Of a stretch of 64,000 nt of DNA, positions 49,577-62,090 are shown piece after piece. Source of the DNA: Eledone cirrhosa (taxonomy: Eukaryota); NCBI GenBank assembly GCA_964016885.1, contig OZ024740.1:204972001-205036000 (forward strand), read 5' to 3'. The position numbers were made by a program, and so were the translations under genes. The stretch's first letter is position 1; each line of letters starts with the position of its first letter. Under the pieces are notes generated by a model. It was not told the origin of the DNA, searched no databases, and worked only from the letters and a program-made list of their open reading frames with translations.

Positions 49577-49908
49577 TTCATCATCATTTTATGTCTGCTT
49601 TTCCCTGCTTGCGAGCGTGGGACAGGAACTGATTCTGGCTTGATTTCTACAGCTGGATGCCTTTCCTAACACCAACCTCATTTACAGTGAGCGCTGGGTG
49701 CTTTTTGGCCGTGGCACCTCCACGGCCACTTTACAATGAATGATAGGGACTCCAGTCCCTCTCATCTCATTTATACAGCTGAATAAACTGGAGCAATGTG
49801 AAATAAAGTGTCTTGCTCAAAGAAACCACACCACCCGGTCTGAGAATTGAACTCACAACCTTTCGATTGCCAGGCCAATGCTCTAACCACTAAGCCATGT
49901 GCCTCCAT
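49577..49908 (-). mobile_element. CORE-like SINE family 2
   Basis: tRNA head ggaggcacatggcttagtggttagagc and (GAT)n tail. Confidence 0.88.
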
Positions 49909-50262
49909 GGAAATATGTATTATTTCTATAGAGAAACGTGAACTGCATACACAAATTTTATGCTGTAACTTCCTGACATAAAAGTCCTGTACTGGATGAA
50001 ACCATATTAGCAAAACATTCTTGAAAGGTACAAAACTAAAGTATGACCACATCCCATTACAAATAGATGTCTTTACTTTAGTTAACTGCAAATTCTCACT
50101 CTGATCTGTACAGCAGTCAAGGTACTATAAACATTTGAATTACCAAACCAGTTTTTAGATATTTTCTGCCAAATCATTACAGTATGTTAAGAGTTACCAT
50201 AGGCATGTGCTATACAAAAGCTGCAATTATCATGATTAATTAGAAGACTATAAAGTACTTAC

Positions 50263-50448
50263 CTTTGTCATAAGCAACCTTTAAAATTTCATCAACAGAT
50301 TCAGCAAAACCCATATCCAACATCTGGTCAACTTCATCTAAAACTACATGTTTAGTTTTGGCCAAATTCATATTGCCTTTTTGAATATGGTCAAGGATTC
50401 TTCCTGGTGTACCGACTAAAATGTCCAGGCCCTTCCATAAAGCACGCT
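50263..50448 (-). CDS. DDX21: DDX21-like exon with motifs Ic and II (GTPGRILDH; [14 protein letters not shown])
   Basis: The DEVD box is diagnostic of DDX21/DDX50; phase 1-1. Confidence 0.97.
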
Positions 50449-51410
50449 CTAAAAAGAACAAAATAATTTTTATTTTAAAAATAAAAGTTGTTAAAGGTAT
50501 ATGATATGATTGTAAGGCAGAAAACAAGAATTATTGAATTTTAGAGAAATATATACCATGCTATGTAACGAATTAAGGATTACTTCAAAATATTCACCAC
50601 CAATTTACATCTGTCTATGGGTTAGACAAGTTGTCATAGTCCATAAAATATTTAAGAAATTATAATTATGGTCATATTAATCCTCTAGATATCAAACTAT
50701 CCCTGGTACTCTGATACAAAGCTGTTTATTTTGAAGTGTTTTTATTCATCTAAAAACTTACTACCAATTTTATGTAAGAACTTTTCTAAATTATTTCAAA
50801 ATTAATAGGTAATGTCTTTCATTAGAAATATAGCAGTGGAAGGATTAAAGATGACTGATGAAGTAAAGTAATAAGTCATAAAATGAGTGATTAATGAAAT
50901 GAAAGACAAATACTGTGTAAATGCCTTCCTAAATCACAAATTTTTGACAGGGCAACAAACAGACTTACAGAGTATGACAATGTTATATATACCATCAGTA
51001 CTTAATTGGAGTTACCATCCTCTCAGACGGACTGGGGCCCACATCCTGCTTACATTTCTGCATTTTACAGAGTGTACTAGGTGTGTTTGACATAACCTAA
51101 GAGACCTTCTGACCCTTTGTCTGGCAAATTTCCAATGATAGGTGCCCTTCCCATCCCCTAACAGGATGTACTGAGTGCATTTTATCATATTACTAACTCT
51201 AAGGAGATTGGCATGTCCCTGTCACATAAGTCCCGAAACCCTTTTAGCAAGTTTTCTATATTTGAATGCGCTTCCAAATGCTAACCACTTTACAGGATAT
51301 ACTGGGTGTATTTTTTGTGTTATCAGCACTAGTTGACAGAAGAGGCCCTTCTAACCTAGGGGATATTATATAAGGGTGTGGTGTGTTACATTATTATAAA
51401 CACTACTAAC

Positions 51411-51528
51411 CTTGGGGTTCATATGGTACTCCACCATAAAAACAAAAGGCAGAAAGATCACCACAGACCTTTAAAAAGTCTTCATACACTTGCTTGGCTA
51501 ATTCTCGAGTAGGAAGTAAGACCAACAC
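51411..51528 (-). CDS. DDX21: DDX21-like exon with motifs Ia and Ib ([10 protein letters not shown]; FYGGVPY)
   Basis: AG acceptor and GTTAGT donor; 118 nt, phase 0-1. Confidence 0.95.
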
Positions 51529-52510
51529 CTAGAAAACACCAAAATTGAAATTATGAAGTAAAGCAGTAAAATCAACACATTATATATATATATATATATA
51601 AATAAACATATCAAACATTAGCAGGAGATAATTTGTAAAGAATGTAAGAACAAAGTTACAAAAGGTAGCATGATAAAACAAAAAATTCGAAGATAGATGC
51701 CTGGCAATAATTATTTATACTTCTAGGACAAGACATCTAAATTTTTTATAGTATATATATATATACACACACACACCCCTTGTGATTTACAGCAACCTCT
51801 GACCAATCACAAAGTACACTTTACTTGTTGCCACTCCCATTTCTACTAATAACTCATTTTTATAATGTTTTTCTCACATATGTCTATTAGTCTTTTACAA
51901 TGTAACCATGCTAGGGATTTAGTTGATTGTGTCAACCCACAGTAGCACAACCAGCATTCTCCACTCAAAAGGTCTCATCAATTTTACATCTGCATTTGAT
52001 GCTGACATGGCTTAGAAGGTTACAGTAAAAAATAATGATTTATGTTGTTTATTATATGAGTTTGTGTAATAAATACACTAAACATGCATTGAATGAAAGG
52101 CTGTGTTTATAAAGTCAATATATTTGTTATTAATAGTGACTGTCAAATTCAAAATTTTGCCTAAGTCTTAGTATTGAAGATGTATATAATTGTGTCAACA
52201 AGCTATAAATCTTTACCCCCCGTTTACCATATTTCTAATGTAATACACTGCCTATTATTTCAAAACTTTTTCATTACCATATCCTAATGACCAAAAATAT
52301 TTTTTTGAAAATAATCAAGAATTTGGAGGGATTTTGTAAAATTAATAATTTTCTCATAAAGATGGTGTTTAGAATGAGTTTACAAAAGTTTTTCATAAAA
52401 TTATAACAGAAGATTTTTAGACAAATAGTACTTTCAAATAAGATGTTTTATATTGTAGAACCACAGGCGGTTTCAAGTGATTTGGTGCCAAAACGGTATA
52501 TTTTACTTAC

Positions 52511-52582
52511 CCTGGGCATCCGACCTTCTTTTATTTTCTTTTTCTTCATTAGTTTTTCTATGAGAGGCAAAACAAACGAAAG
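52511..52582 (-). CDS. DDX21: DDX21-like exon (LSFVLPLIEKLMKKKKIKEGRMPR)
   Basis: AG acceptor and GTAAGT donor; 72 nt. Confidence 0.92.
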
Positions 52583-52699
52583 CTGAAATAAAGATACAGA
52601 GGTTAGTTAATAAATTCATATCCAAAATGTAAATATTTTAGCACCTCATTTACATAGAATTTGAGATCTGTAAAAAAAAATATATCCCATGCTCTTATT

Positions 52700-53290
52700 G
52701 TGATGACATGCCAAGTACCACAAAAAGCCACCCGAAAATATGCTGAGAAAGAATGACAAGAAGCGTGTACAAAATATTGAATTGATTTTAAAGGCAACGA
52801 CACAAAGGCTATGACATGGGACACATCAAGTTTATGGAAGATGCCGACGATGAAAATGGAGAGGATTCAAATGAAGATATGAGATTGAGTGGTACCTCTG
52901 ATGACGAGGAAAGCATTAATGAGGATTCTGATAATGATGAGTGAAAATAAATCTGAATTTTCTTTCCTTTTACTTTATTCTTCAAGCAAATGGTTAAAAT
53001 ATTGTATCATTTCTTCCTCGATGCTGCCCCAGACTGTTAATAAGGATTTGTTCGATTTGCTGGCGATCAAAATAAACAAATACTCTGAAACGAATGGCCC
53101 TGATCAGACATGGCAAAACATATCTGCTTTGGAAACAAGGGCCTATATTGCATTTCAGATAGTGATGGGAGTTGCTTCTGTCCCTAAATCAGGACATGTA
53201 TTTTTTAAAACATATTTTATTCCAATCAGGTTGCAGGTTGCTTTAGCAGGGAAAATGTCTTCAACCTTTTCGTCACCATATTTCTAATGA
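52700..53290 (+). mobile_element. Old piggyBac transposase 5' fragment
   Basis: Acidic stretch followed by DLLAIKINKY...WQNISALETRAYIAFQIVMG, which resembles the PGBD N-terminal domain. Confidence 0.6.
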
Positions 53291-53425
53291 ATAATGAAGA
53301 GGTTTACTGAAATTTTTATTCCATTGAGATAGTATTTGTAACATAAAAAAAGTATATACTAGAAGCTTTCAACTTAAAAGGGTGGTTTTGTTTCATACAG
53401 TCAAAAACAGTTTTGGGTGGGTTAA

Positions 53426-54622
53426 CCATTTAGCATTCAAATTAATTTTCAAACGTCATGCCTATCTGTTCGCATTATTTTCAGCAGTGGATTGGCAGTA
53501 TCGGTAGAGGGTTGGGCGCCATGCTTTGACACATAGAGTTATGGCCCTTGCCATTCTGAGTTCAAATCCCGCCGAGGTTAACTTTGCCTTTCATCATTAC
53601 GGGGTCGATAAAATAAAGTACCAGTAATGCACTGGGTAATTGCTGGCCTTTTGCCAAAAGTAGAAACAATTATTTTGAGTTAATCATACTCAAGAGGGTT
53701 ATCAATTTTATTTGCTTGTAATTTTCTATGCGCAGGTTTTTTGAAATTTTGTCAGTAGATGTTTAAATATCAATAATTTACAATTATATAATTTTACCTG
53801 ATTTTTTTTTGGGTCAAATTTGACTTTTATGGGCAGGTGAAATTAATTAATAGGGGCATTTGAAGTATCAACCAGGTACAAATACTGGTTTAATTTTAAA
53901 TACCTTGTTTTCGGCATAATACTTGATATCAGTGTTCCAGTAATTCCACAGTCTTGGAAATTGTTTTATACCGAACATAATATTTACGGTAAAAAAGGCT
54001 TGCATTTCCGCAGCATCTGTCGGTTTCCAAACAGATTCGGTTTTCCTCGATTTGATATCTGTTGTTGTGCATATTAATTAATCTCTTCTGCCACAACTTC
54101 GAAGAAACTTTGTGGTAAAAAGAAATAATCCAGTGCTTTAGCATCGGGAGCTAATGTGTTTTGTGGAACAGTATTTTGAATAAAATTGGGAACATATATT
54201 GGTGTGGTATTTTTCAACCACATTGCTGTAACATTTTCAATAGCGCTCTAGAGTCCTCCATTTTCACTTTCAAAACAACAATCATCATCGGACGAAATTT
54301 CAGAAATATAAACATCAGATTCATTTGAAAATAAATCACTAATATTATTGTTTGTTTCTTGTTTATTTTGAATGTCGCCATGTGTAAAACCTTCAAAGTC
54401 GATATCGCTATTTTCATAGACCATGTTGATACAAAAAAAAAATTTGTTGCACTTTCAAGTGTTAATTTTCGCGGTAAGGGCCTAATTTCGCAGCAGTATC
54501 GAATTGACGAGATTTTGATAATGGTTTGTTTATTTTTTAGAATGATTTTTTAGTGTGGGTGTTTTCGGGTGGTTTGAACAAATGAAGAGGAAATAATTTC
54601 GGGCAGTTTGAACACTAAAGAG
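53426..54622 (-). mobile_element. Non-autonomous internal-deletion derivative of the 42771 piggyBac family, with a family 1 SINE inserted at ~53485-53671
   Basis: TTAA-flanked termini. Retains the 5' ~200 transposase codons (decayed) joined to the 3' subterminal region. Confidence 0.9.
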
Positions 54623-54679
54623 TTAATATCAAAAGGGTTTTAAAAACATTTCTTGTTATATTTAATTGGGCATTTATGT

Positions 54680-55018
54680 ATCATCATCATTTCATTTTAC
54701 GTCCGCTTTTCCCTGCTTGCAAGGGTGGGACGGGAACTGATTTTTGGCTTGGTTTCTACAGCTGGATGCCCTTCCTAACACCAACCTCATTTACAGTGAG
54801 TGCTGGGTGCTTTTTTGCCGTGGCACCTACACGACCACTTTACAGTGGAATGATAGGGACCCCAGTCCCTATCATCTCATTTCTACAGCTGAGTAAACTG
54901 GAGCAATGTGAAATAAAGTGTCTTGCTCAAGGAAACAACATATCACCTGGTCTGAGAATTGAACTCACAACCTTTCGATTGCAAGGCCAATGCTCTAACC
55001 ACTAAGCCATGTGCCTCC
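54680..55018 (-). mobile_element. CORE-like SINE family 2
   Basis: Near-identical to the 13385 and 49577 copies. Confidence 0.9.
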
Positions 55019-55089
55019 AGTATATTAGTATTAACTTACGAACTGAACAAAACCCATCTACAGAAGGTTATTGTAGAAGTTAAACTTAC

Positions 55090-55109
55090 CGTTTTCCCTG
55101 TGCCAGTTC
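55090..55109 (-). CDS. DDX21: DDX21-like 20-nt microexon encoding Walker A / motif I (R-TGTGKT)
   Basis: ttttctctcccccag|GAACTGGCACAGGGAAAACG|gtaagt. Phase 1-0 exactly bridges the flanking exons (AQA-R-TGTGKT-LSF). Confidence 0.93.
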
Positions 55110-56344
55110 CTGGGGGAGAGAAAAATACCAAAAATAAGTAAAACAATAAAAAAGACAACAAAGAATAAAATATCAAAAATATATAATTTAATATTCTTCT
55201 AACTCCTTTACTATATTAATAAATTCTCAAATAATCAAGAATTAACTAAACTTCACTGCTGAAATCTAATATCTCATAATCATGTTTTCCCTGCTAGCAA
55301 GGGTTAGACAGGTTGTCACAGACCAAATCAGTACTTAATTGGGGCTAATCATCTCTCAGAAGGGCTAGGGTTGAATCTCGCTCACATACTTTCCCACATT
55401 TCATTGAGTATACCATGTATTTTATTGCGACACCAGCATTAAGGAGGTTGTCATATCTTTGTCACAACCAAAGAGTTCTCCTAGCCCTTTGTTTAACAAC
55501 TATAATAATATAAAAGTTTTGATACTTGCACTATGCTTGGAAGTCATAACTAGGGATACATAAGTAAAATAGATTAAGAATCTCTCTAATTCACTAGAGT
55601 TGCATCAACCAATGATATCTATTCAGATGATTTCAAACAACACACAGGAAATTCAAGTGTCCACACACAATAGAGGTGACAGATCCTTAGTTGTCAGATA
55701 ATCAATGATGTATCTGTATTTGAAAATGGAACTTCCAACTAAATGTCAACTATGTGATTATGTTTGTTGTACCTTATATCTGCTCGCAGCCACACATTCC
55801 TTAAAAAACTCCAAATTCAGACTAGCCATTACTGAATATCCAGTTTTAAAAATAGTAAAATGTTATATAAATAAAAGAAAGAAAAGCGCAGGGAAAATAA
55901 AACAAAATTCCTGTTGTAAAAATGACAGGATATATAATAAGTAGACTTATGTTGATATGTCGGTTTAAATATGAATAAGTAAATCCATGGGCAGTTATTA
56001 TAAATACACTATCTGATATAGTTATAAGTGCATACCAGATGAAATTATGTATTATCACTAGCATAGATTTATGTTTAACTCTTAACATTCTGGTACAATT
56101 TAGCTGAAAATAGCTAAAATCAAGTTTGCTAATTCGATGCAACCAATAGTGCTATATTAAGAGTTAAATAAGAATAGATAAACACATAGGCGGTCTCTAC
56201 TGTGACTGTCAGATGGAGTGTGCGTGTGTGTGTATATAAGTATATACTTGGCAAAATTATGCATTATTACTAACAAGATTTATGTTGATTTAACTATTTT
56301 GTTACCACATACCTATTGAAAAATTTAGTAAATGTTCTCACTCA

Positions 56345-56548
56345 CCTTTTAGCATTTACATTACTCTTGTATATATTTACTATTGTATTTTTATGGTAAA
56401 GGCTTTATCTCACATAATATCGAATCTATGAGATTTTGATATTTATTTGGGAACAATACCTTATCAGTATGAGTGGGCAGTTACAGCCAGTTTGAACAGA
56501 AACAAGAGAGAATTCTGGCTGGATATGGCCGGTTCAAATGCTAAAGGG
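56345..56548. mobile_element. piggyBac MITE family A
   Basis: Body matches the 9023 copy; termini slightly decayed. Confidence 0.8.
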
Positions 56549-57093
56549 TTTAGCAGATGTTTAGAACATAGAGGTTCTTACATATATTTAAAATTAAAAG
56601 AAAATTTTTTTTATTTTTTGTAACATGTAATAAACATCACTTATTTCAATGCCTGTTTTTCTACACTTCCTGCCATCTATCTACACCTTATTCTAAGTAC
56701 GGCATATGTGGTTAATGTTTTTCAAGCTTTCAAGTGTATTATTTACTGTGAGAATAAACAGCTGTCACCACAGGTTTTATAAGTGTCAATATTATGTTTG
56801 TAGTATCAGTTCACATGAGGCTGCAACAGAATTTTTGTAAAGTTGTTTCAAACACCAGCTTAACAGAAAGTTAATTATATTACTAAATCCCTACATTTTC
56901 TTGATTATTTTCAATATTATTTGAAAATCAGTGTCTTTCATTAGGAATATGGTAGGGTTAACAGTTGAAAGATAGCCAATCTTTAAATTTATCGACCACT
57001 TCACAATTAAAGATATTTCTTGATAGTTAATACTTAGATTTGGTCAGTAACAACCCAGCCAAACTATGCCAGCATGGAAAAGTGAATGTTTAA

Positions 57094-57279
57094 CCCTTTA
57101 GCATTTAAACCAGCCAGAATTCTCTCACCTCTTTCTGTTCAAACTGGCTGCTCATACTTATGTTATGATATTGTTCTCAAAATAAATAATATCAAAATCT
57201 CAGATTCGATATTACGTGAGGTAAAGCTTTCGCTGTGAAAACCCAACAGTAAATATAGAGTAATATAAATGCTAAAGAG
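57094..57279. mobile_element. piggyBac MITE family A inserted into the TTAA of a SINE tail
   Basis: ggaaaagtgaatgt-TTAA|CCCTTTAGCATTT...GCTAAAGAG|TTAA-tgatgat. Confidence 0.85.
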
Positions 57280-57914
57280 TTAATGATGATAAACATTTTG
57301 TTAGTAATGTTCCAAACATCAGTTTAATCATGAAAAACTTCAAGTTACATTACTAAATTCCTTTAAATTTTTCACTATTTTAAAAATAAACTAAAACACA
57401 TTGGCTGTGTTAATTGCATTATATTTTCTTAAAATACAAACTGAATATATTATCAGAGGTCAATCCCAACGTACAATACTTAAGCCAAGCGTCTTTTACC
57501 ATGGCCTTCGTTTGTAGACATAAACTGTGGAAGTCCGTCAGAATCACTGCTCCAGATATTGGATGTCAGAATTAATCTGCCACTTTGTTTAGCATCTCAC
57601 TAAAGTAGTGGAGGCTCTAAAAAACATTTCTCTGACTAAGCAATAGAATAGAAAAATAAAAGTAGAAACAGTTTATGTAAATCAACACTATAAAGTTAGA
57701 AATTAAAGTCTGTCAGAAGCCCAGAGCATATCCCAGTTTCATGGAACTCCAGTTTTTTCAAGAGTCAGCTCTTCCAACTATTGCTGATACTGCAATGTAA
57801 AATAAAGTGTCTTACACCAAAACACAAGACTATCTGGCTCAAGATTCAAACAAACAATATTACTTGAACCTAACCCGTGTACCTTCGCACTTCAAAGAAA
57901 TAAACATAACTTAC

Positions 57915-57998
57915 GTGCTTGGGCAATGACATCATGACCATCGTAAACATGGTCAAATGTTTGTGATTGAATTGGAAAAAGGTAATCGATTCCACTGA
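57915..57998 (-). CDS. DDX21: DDX21-like exon with the Q motif (GIDYLFPIQSQTFDHVYDGHDVIAQA)
   Basis: Poly-T acceptor and C|gtaagt donor; 84 nt, phase 1-1. Confidence 0.96.
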
Positions 57999-59114
57999 CT
58001 GCAAAAAAAAAAAAAAAAAAAAAGAATGAAATTGTTAAAATATGAAAGACTAGTTCAAATAATTTGATTAAAAGAAAATATCTAAAAACAGGATTGTCAA
58101 TTCAAATGTTTTAGTATCTTTACTAGTGTACAGATTGTTGTGAATATTATGCAGCCATAGTGCTGCTTTGTACTTTTATTTTTTACACATTTGAAGGGAA
58201 ATACATTAGAGAATAAATAAAAATAGATAGAATTGTAACAGGGGGAAAAGTTAAGATGTTGACTGTTGTGTAAGGGGCGATAATCTAACAGTATTTGTTC
58301 ATCATCATCTACAACTGCTTGAAAGGTGAACTTAACATTATATGTTGTTTACAGTGCACCATCTCTTTGTACAGCTCAGTGTAATCTATTGAGCTCATTA
58401 TGAACTGTAATTTTCACGTTATATTCATGACTAGAATTGTTTTCAGCAATAACTGGTAGACCATCTCAATGGACCTTTCTCAGTTCCAACGAGTGTTCCA
58501 GTTCAATTAATGACAGCCTGTTCATGAAATCAACAAGTGGCCAAGCACTCCATAGAAAATAGACACATGTACCCTGAACATAATTCTCAAGGAGATTCAG
58601 CAGGAGACATTATTATGACATGGCTGTCTCTTTAATTTATAGCTACTGTCCATCTGATGGCCTCCCAAACAGTTTCTGTTTATTCAATTCCCCTTCCAAA
58701 TTAAACTTGAGGCTGTTATGGCACTTGCCTAAGATACCACACAGTGAGCATGAACCTGTGAACTTAACCATATAGCCATGTTTCATCCACAACACTTCTG
58801 TTATTAAGACAACTAGAACTGTGCTGTGGTAGAGTTGTACAATGACATATGATAAATGTACACATTAAAGCAGGTTTTCATTCCTTGCTTGAAATAACAG
58901 TCAAAATAAGTGAAAAACACCACTTATGGCAAATCATTCAATTCGGGGAAGACCATATCAGCATTTGTAAACAAGATTTTCCTTCATTATACACTCAACA
59001 ACATAACAATATCTATGGTCAGAAATGCACACTTCCCCTAGTTTTATCTAAACACCTTTTATCACAATTCCATACAAGTACTTTTGTTAAGTTATGCTCC
59101 AAACACCAACTTAA

Positions 59115-60149
59115 CCCTTTAGCATTCGCATTAATTTTCAAACGTCATGCTTATCTGTTCGAATTATTTTGAGTTAATCATACTCAAGAGGGTTATTAAT
59201 TTTATTTGTTTGTAATTTTCTATGTGCAGGCTTGAAATTTTGTCAGTAGATGTTTAAATATCAATAATTTACAATTATATAATTTTACCTGATTTTTTTT
59301 GGTCAAATTTGATTTTTATGAGCAGGTGAAATTAATTAATAGGGCATTTGAAGTATCAACCAGATGCAAATACTGGATTAATTTTAAATACCTTGTTTTC
59401 GGCATAATACTTGATATATAAGGATCACTAAACCTTATATCAGTGTTCCAGTAATTCCAGTCTTGGAAATTGTTTTATACCGAACATAATATTTACGGTA
59501 AAAAAGTTTGCATTTCCGCAGCATTTGTCGGTCGCCAAACAGATCGGGTTTTCCTCTATTTGAAATCTGTTGTTGGGCATATTAATTAATCTCTTCTGCC
59601 ACAACTTCGAAGAAAGTTTGTGGTAAAAACAAAAAGAAATAATACAGTGCTTTATCATCGGGAGCTAATGTGTGTTGTGGATCAGTATTTTGAATAAAAT
59701 CTGGAATATATATTAGTGTGGTATTTTTCAACCCAGTTGCTGTAATATTTTCAATGGCGTCCGGGAGATCTTCGTTTTCACTTTCAAAACAATCATCGTC
59801 GGACGAAATTTCAGAAATATAAACATCAGATTCATTTGAAGATAAATCACTAATATTATCATTTGTTTCTTGTTTATTCTGAATGTCGTCGTGTGTAAAA
59901 CCTTCAAATTCGGTATCGCTACTTTCATAAGCCATGTTGATACAAAAAAAATTTTTTTTGTACTTTCAAAGTTAAAAAAACACTTGTTTTAAATTGTTTC
60001 ACTATATTAAGTGTTAATTTTCACGGTAAGGGCCTAATCTCGCAGTAATCTCGAAGTGACGAGATTTTGATGATGGTTTGTTTATTTTTAGAATGATTTT
60101 TTAGTGTGGGTGTTATCGGTCGATTTTGGGCGGTTTGAACACTAAAGGG
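59115..60149 (-). mobile_element. Second copy of the non-autonomous piggyBac deletion derivative (~1035 bp)
   Basis: TTAA|CCCTTTAGCATTCGCA ... TTTGAACACTAAAGGG|TTAA. MAYESSDTEFEGF ORF remnant. Same junction as the 53426 copy. Confidence 0.92.
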
Positions 60150-61301
60150 TTAATTGTTATCTTTTAAATATTATTCTCGGACAATACTAAGAAATTGGTA
60201 AAGGTGCAGTGTAGAATGAGTCTATGGTAATGAGTGTTTAAGCTGTTCAGACAAAGGAACAGCCTAGGTTGAAGTTGCATCATAATGGGATTGAACCTGG
60301 GACTGCAAGGCAAACTTCTTAACCACTTGGCAATGCTGCATCCACTGCTTCTTAACCCTTTTGATATCAATCCACCCCAAAGCATTGTAATTCTTGGATA
60401 ACAAACCTATGGTTTGAAAGTATTATTATTTAAATAAAAAATAATTTTATGTAAGAATATTGTTAAGCTATGTAGTAAATGCCAGCTTAATATTTGTTAT
60501 TTTACTGAATTTTTTCTAATTGATAAAAAAAAAAAATAGGTGGTGTATTTCATTAGAAATATGGTATAAAAAAAAGGGTAAGACACAACAACTTGTCTCA
60601 AAGTTGAATTAATAAAGATTATATTTTCACAAGCAATGTTTGGAGACATCTCAATGTTAACTGTCTGAAAAATGCTCACTGCTTGGTCTCCACCATGTTC
60701 ATCACTGATTGCTCCCATAAACCATGGACACCCATTAACAATATCAAAATGTAAGATATATCTAAATTACTCTCAATGTCATGGAATAAGAAAAGATGGA
60801 GACTTGCTGTAAGTTATTTACAGATACAGAGGTCAATACTACCTCAAGATTCCACAGTAGACACACATGAAAGCAGTTTGAATGGTTATAGTGTTGTACT
60901 CTTGCTTTCACACCAAACCCTTTCTCGCAGTGCCAGTGCTGCAATGAGGTCACATGAGAGACAAATATATTCAGCAGAGCTGATTGTGTTGCACAAGCCA
61001 TATGGAGCAACTTTTTAGAACAGTGGAAGTTGAAGGCCAGCTCCGGTGATACTAAACCTGTAGATACTCACCTTGCTTAGACAGCCTATATTCACTAGTT
61101 GGAGATGACTCAAGCTACCCTGGGTAAACACAGATGCAAGTACAAATATTGACTGGCCAGATATTAGAAGTAAATGGAATAAATGAAAGGGGACAACCAA
61201 GTGTCAAACCCATGTTATCACAGCTTACTCAGAACTCAACACTTTATACATTCTTACAACATAAACTTAGTTGAGAAAAATGAAAGAAAAAAGAAAAATA
61301 C

Positions 61302-61428
61302 CTCTTAATCGTTGTATACTGGTGTCAGAAATCCGGAAATTACTGAAAGCACCAATTTCTACCTGAAGATCCACCTTTTCACTGTCTGATGAACTAGAAG
61401 CGTTTCCATTCATGTCGGTTTTGTTTTC
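61302..61428 (-). CDS. DDX21: DDX21-like exon (ENKTDMNGN...GAFSNFRISDTSIQRLR); further 5' exon(s) not identified in the window
   Basis: ttctgccag acceptor and G|gtattt donor. GAFSNFxIS precedes the Q motif in the DDX21 family. Confidence 0.92.
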
Positions 61429-61869
61429 CTGGCAGAAAAGAAGAAAAAATTAACATCTTTTACCTCAAACCACCCCTGGTTCTACAATATAAAACTGTTT
61501 GTTTTGAAAAATTTATATTTATCTAAAAACTTTCCATCATAATTTTAGTTATGTGCCAAACACTAGCTTAATAATAAAAAAGTTGGTCTCACTATTATAT
61601 CCCTCCAATATTTTCAAATATATTTGACAATTATAGGCAATGTCTTTTATTAAGATGTTTCTAAAATATGCTGTACAAAAGTTTTCAACAAACCCAAAAG
61701 CCTTGCCTCAAATAAATTAGGAATTAAAACTTCAGGACGAACATAAGGGACAGAATACGCAGAGATTAATTCTCAACTAGTTGGTCTATTCAGATCAACC
61801 TTTGTTGCACCAACCCACCAGAGAAAGCTTCTTGTTTTAACCCTTTAGCATTTACATTACTCTAAGTCT

Positions 61870-62090
61870 ATTTTCCCATGATTGATGAGCTGAATGAAAT
61901 GTTTCCAGTTCAGCTTCCCCCACTCGTTGCATGCCTTTGTCATCTCCAATGTTAGGTTCAACATTTTGAGATCAACTCTCACCAGGTCTTCCTCTACTGG
62001 CAGCTCCCGATCATCACCCATCCACATCACATATCCATACCAGTGCAGTCCTCCTTCTTGCACTCTACACCTGATTTCCTCTGAGCTCAC
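61870..62090 (-). mobile_element. RTE LINE 3' fragment next to a MITE A end (61841-61864)
   Basis: IRCRVQEGGLHWYGYVM; homologous to the 830-1140 region. Confidence 0.65.

Noticed and set aside
60640-60716. C/D box snoRNA candidate (minus-strand GTGATGA)
   Set aside because: No properly placed CTGA D box or terminal stem.
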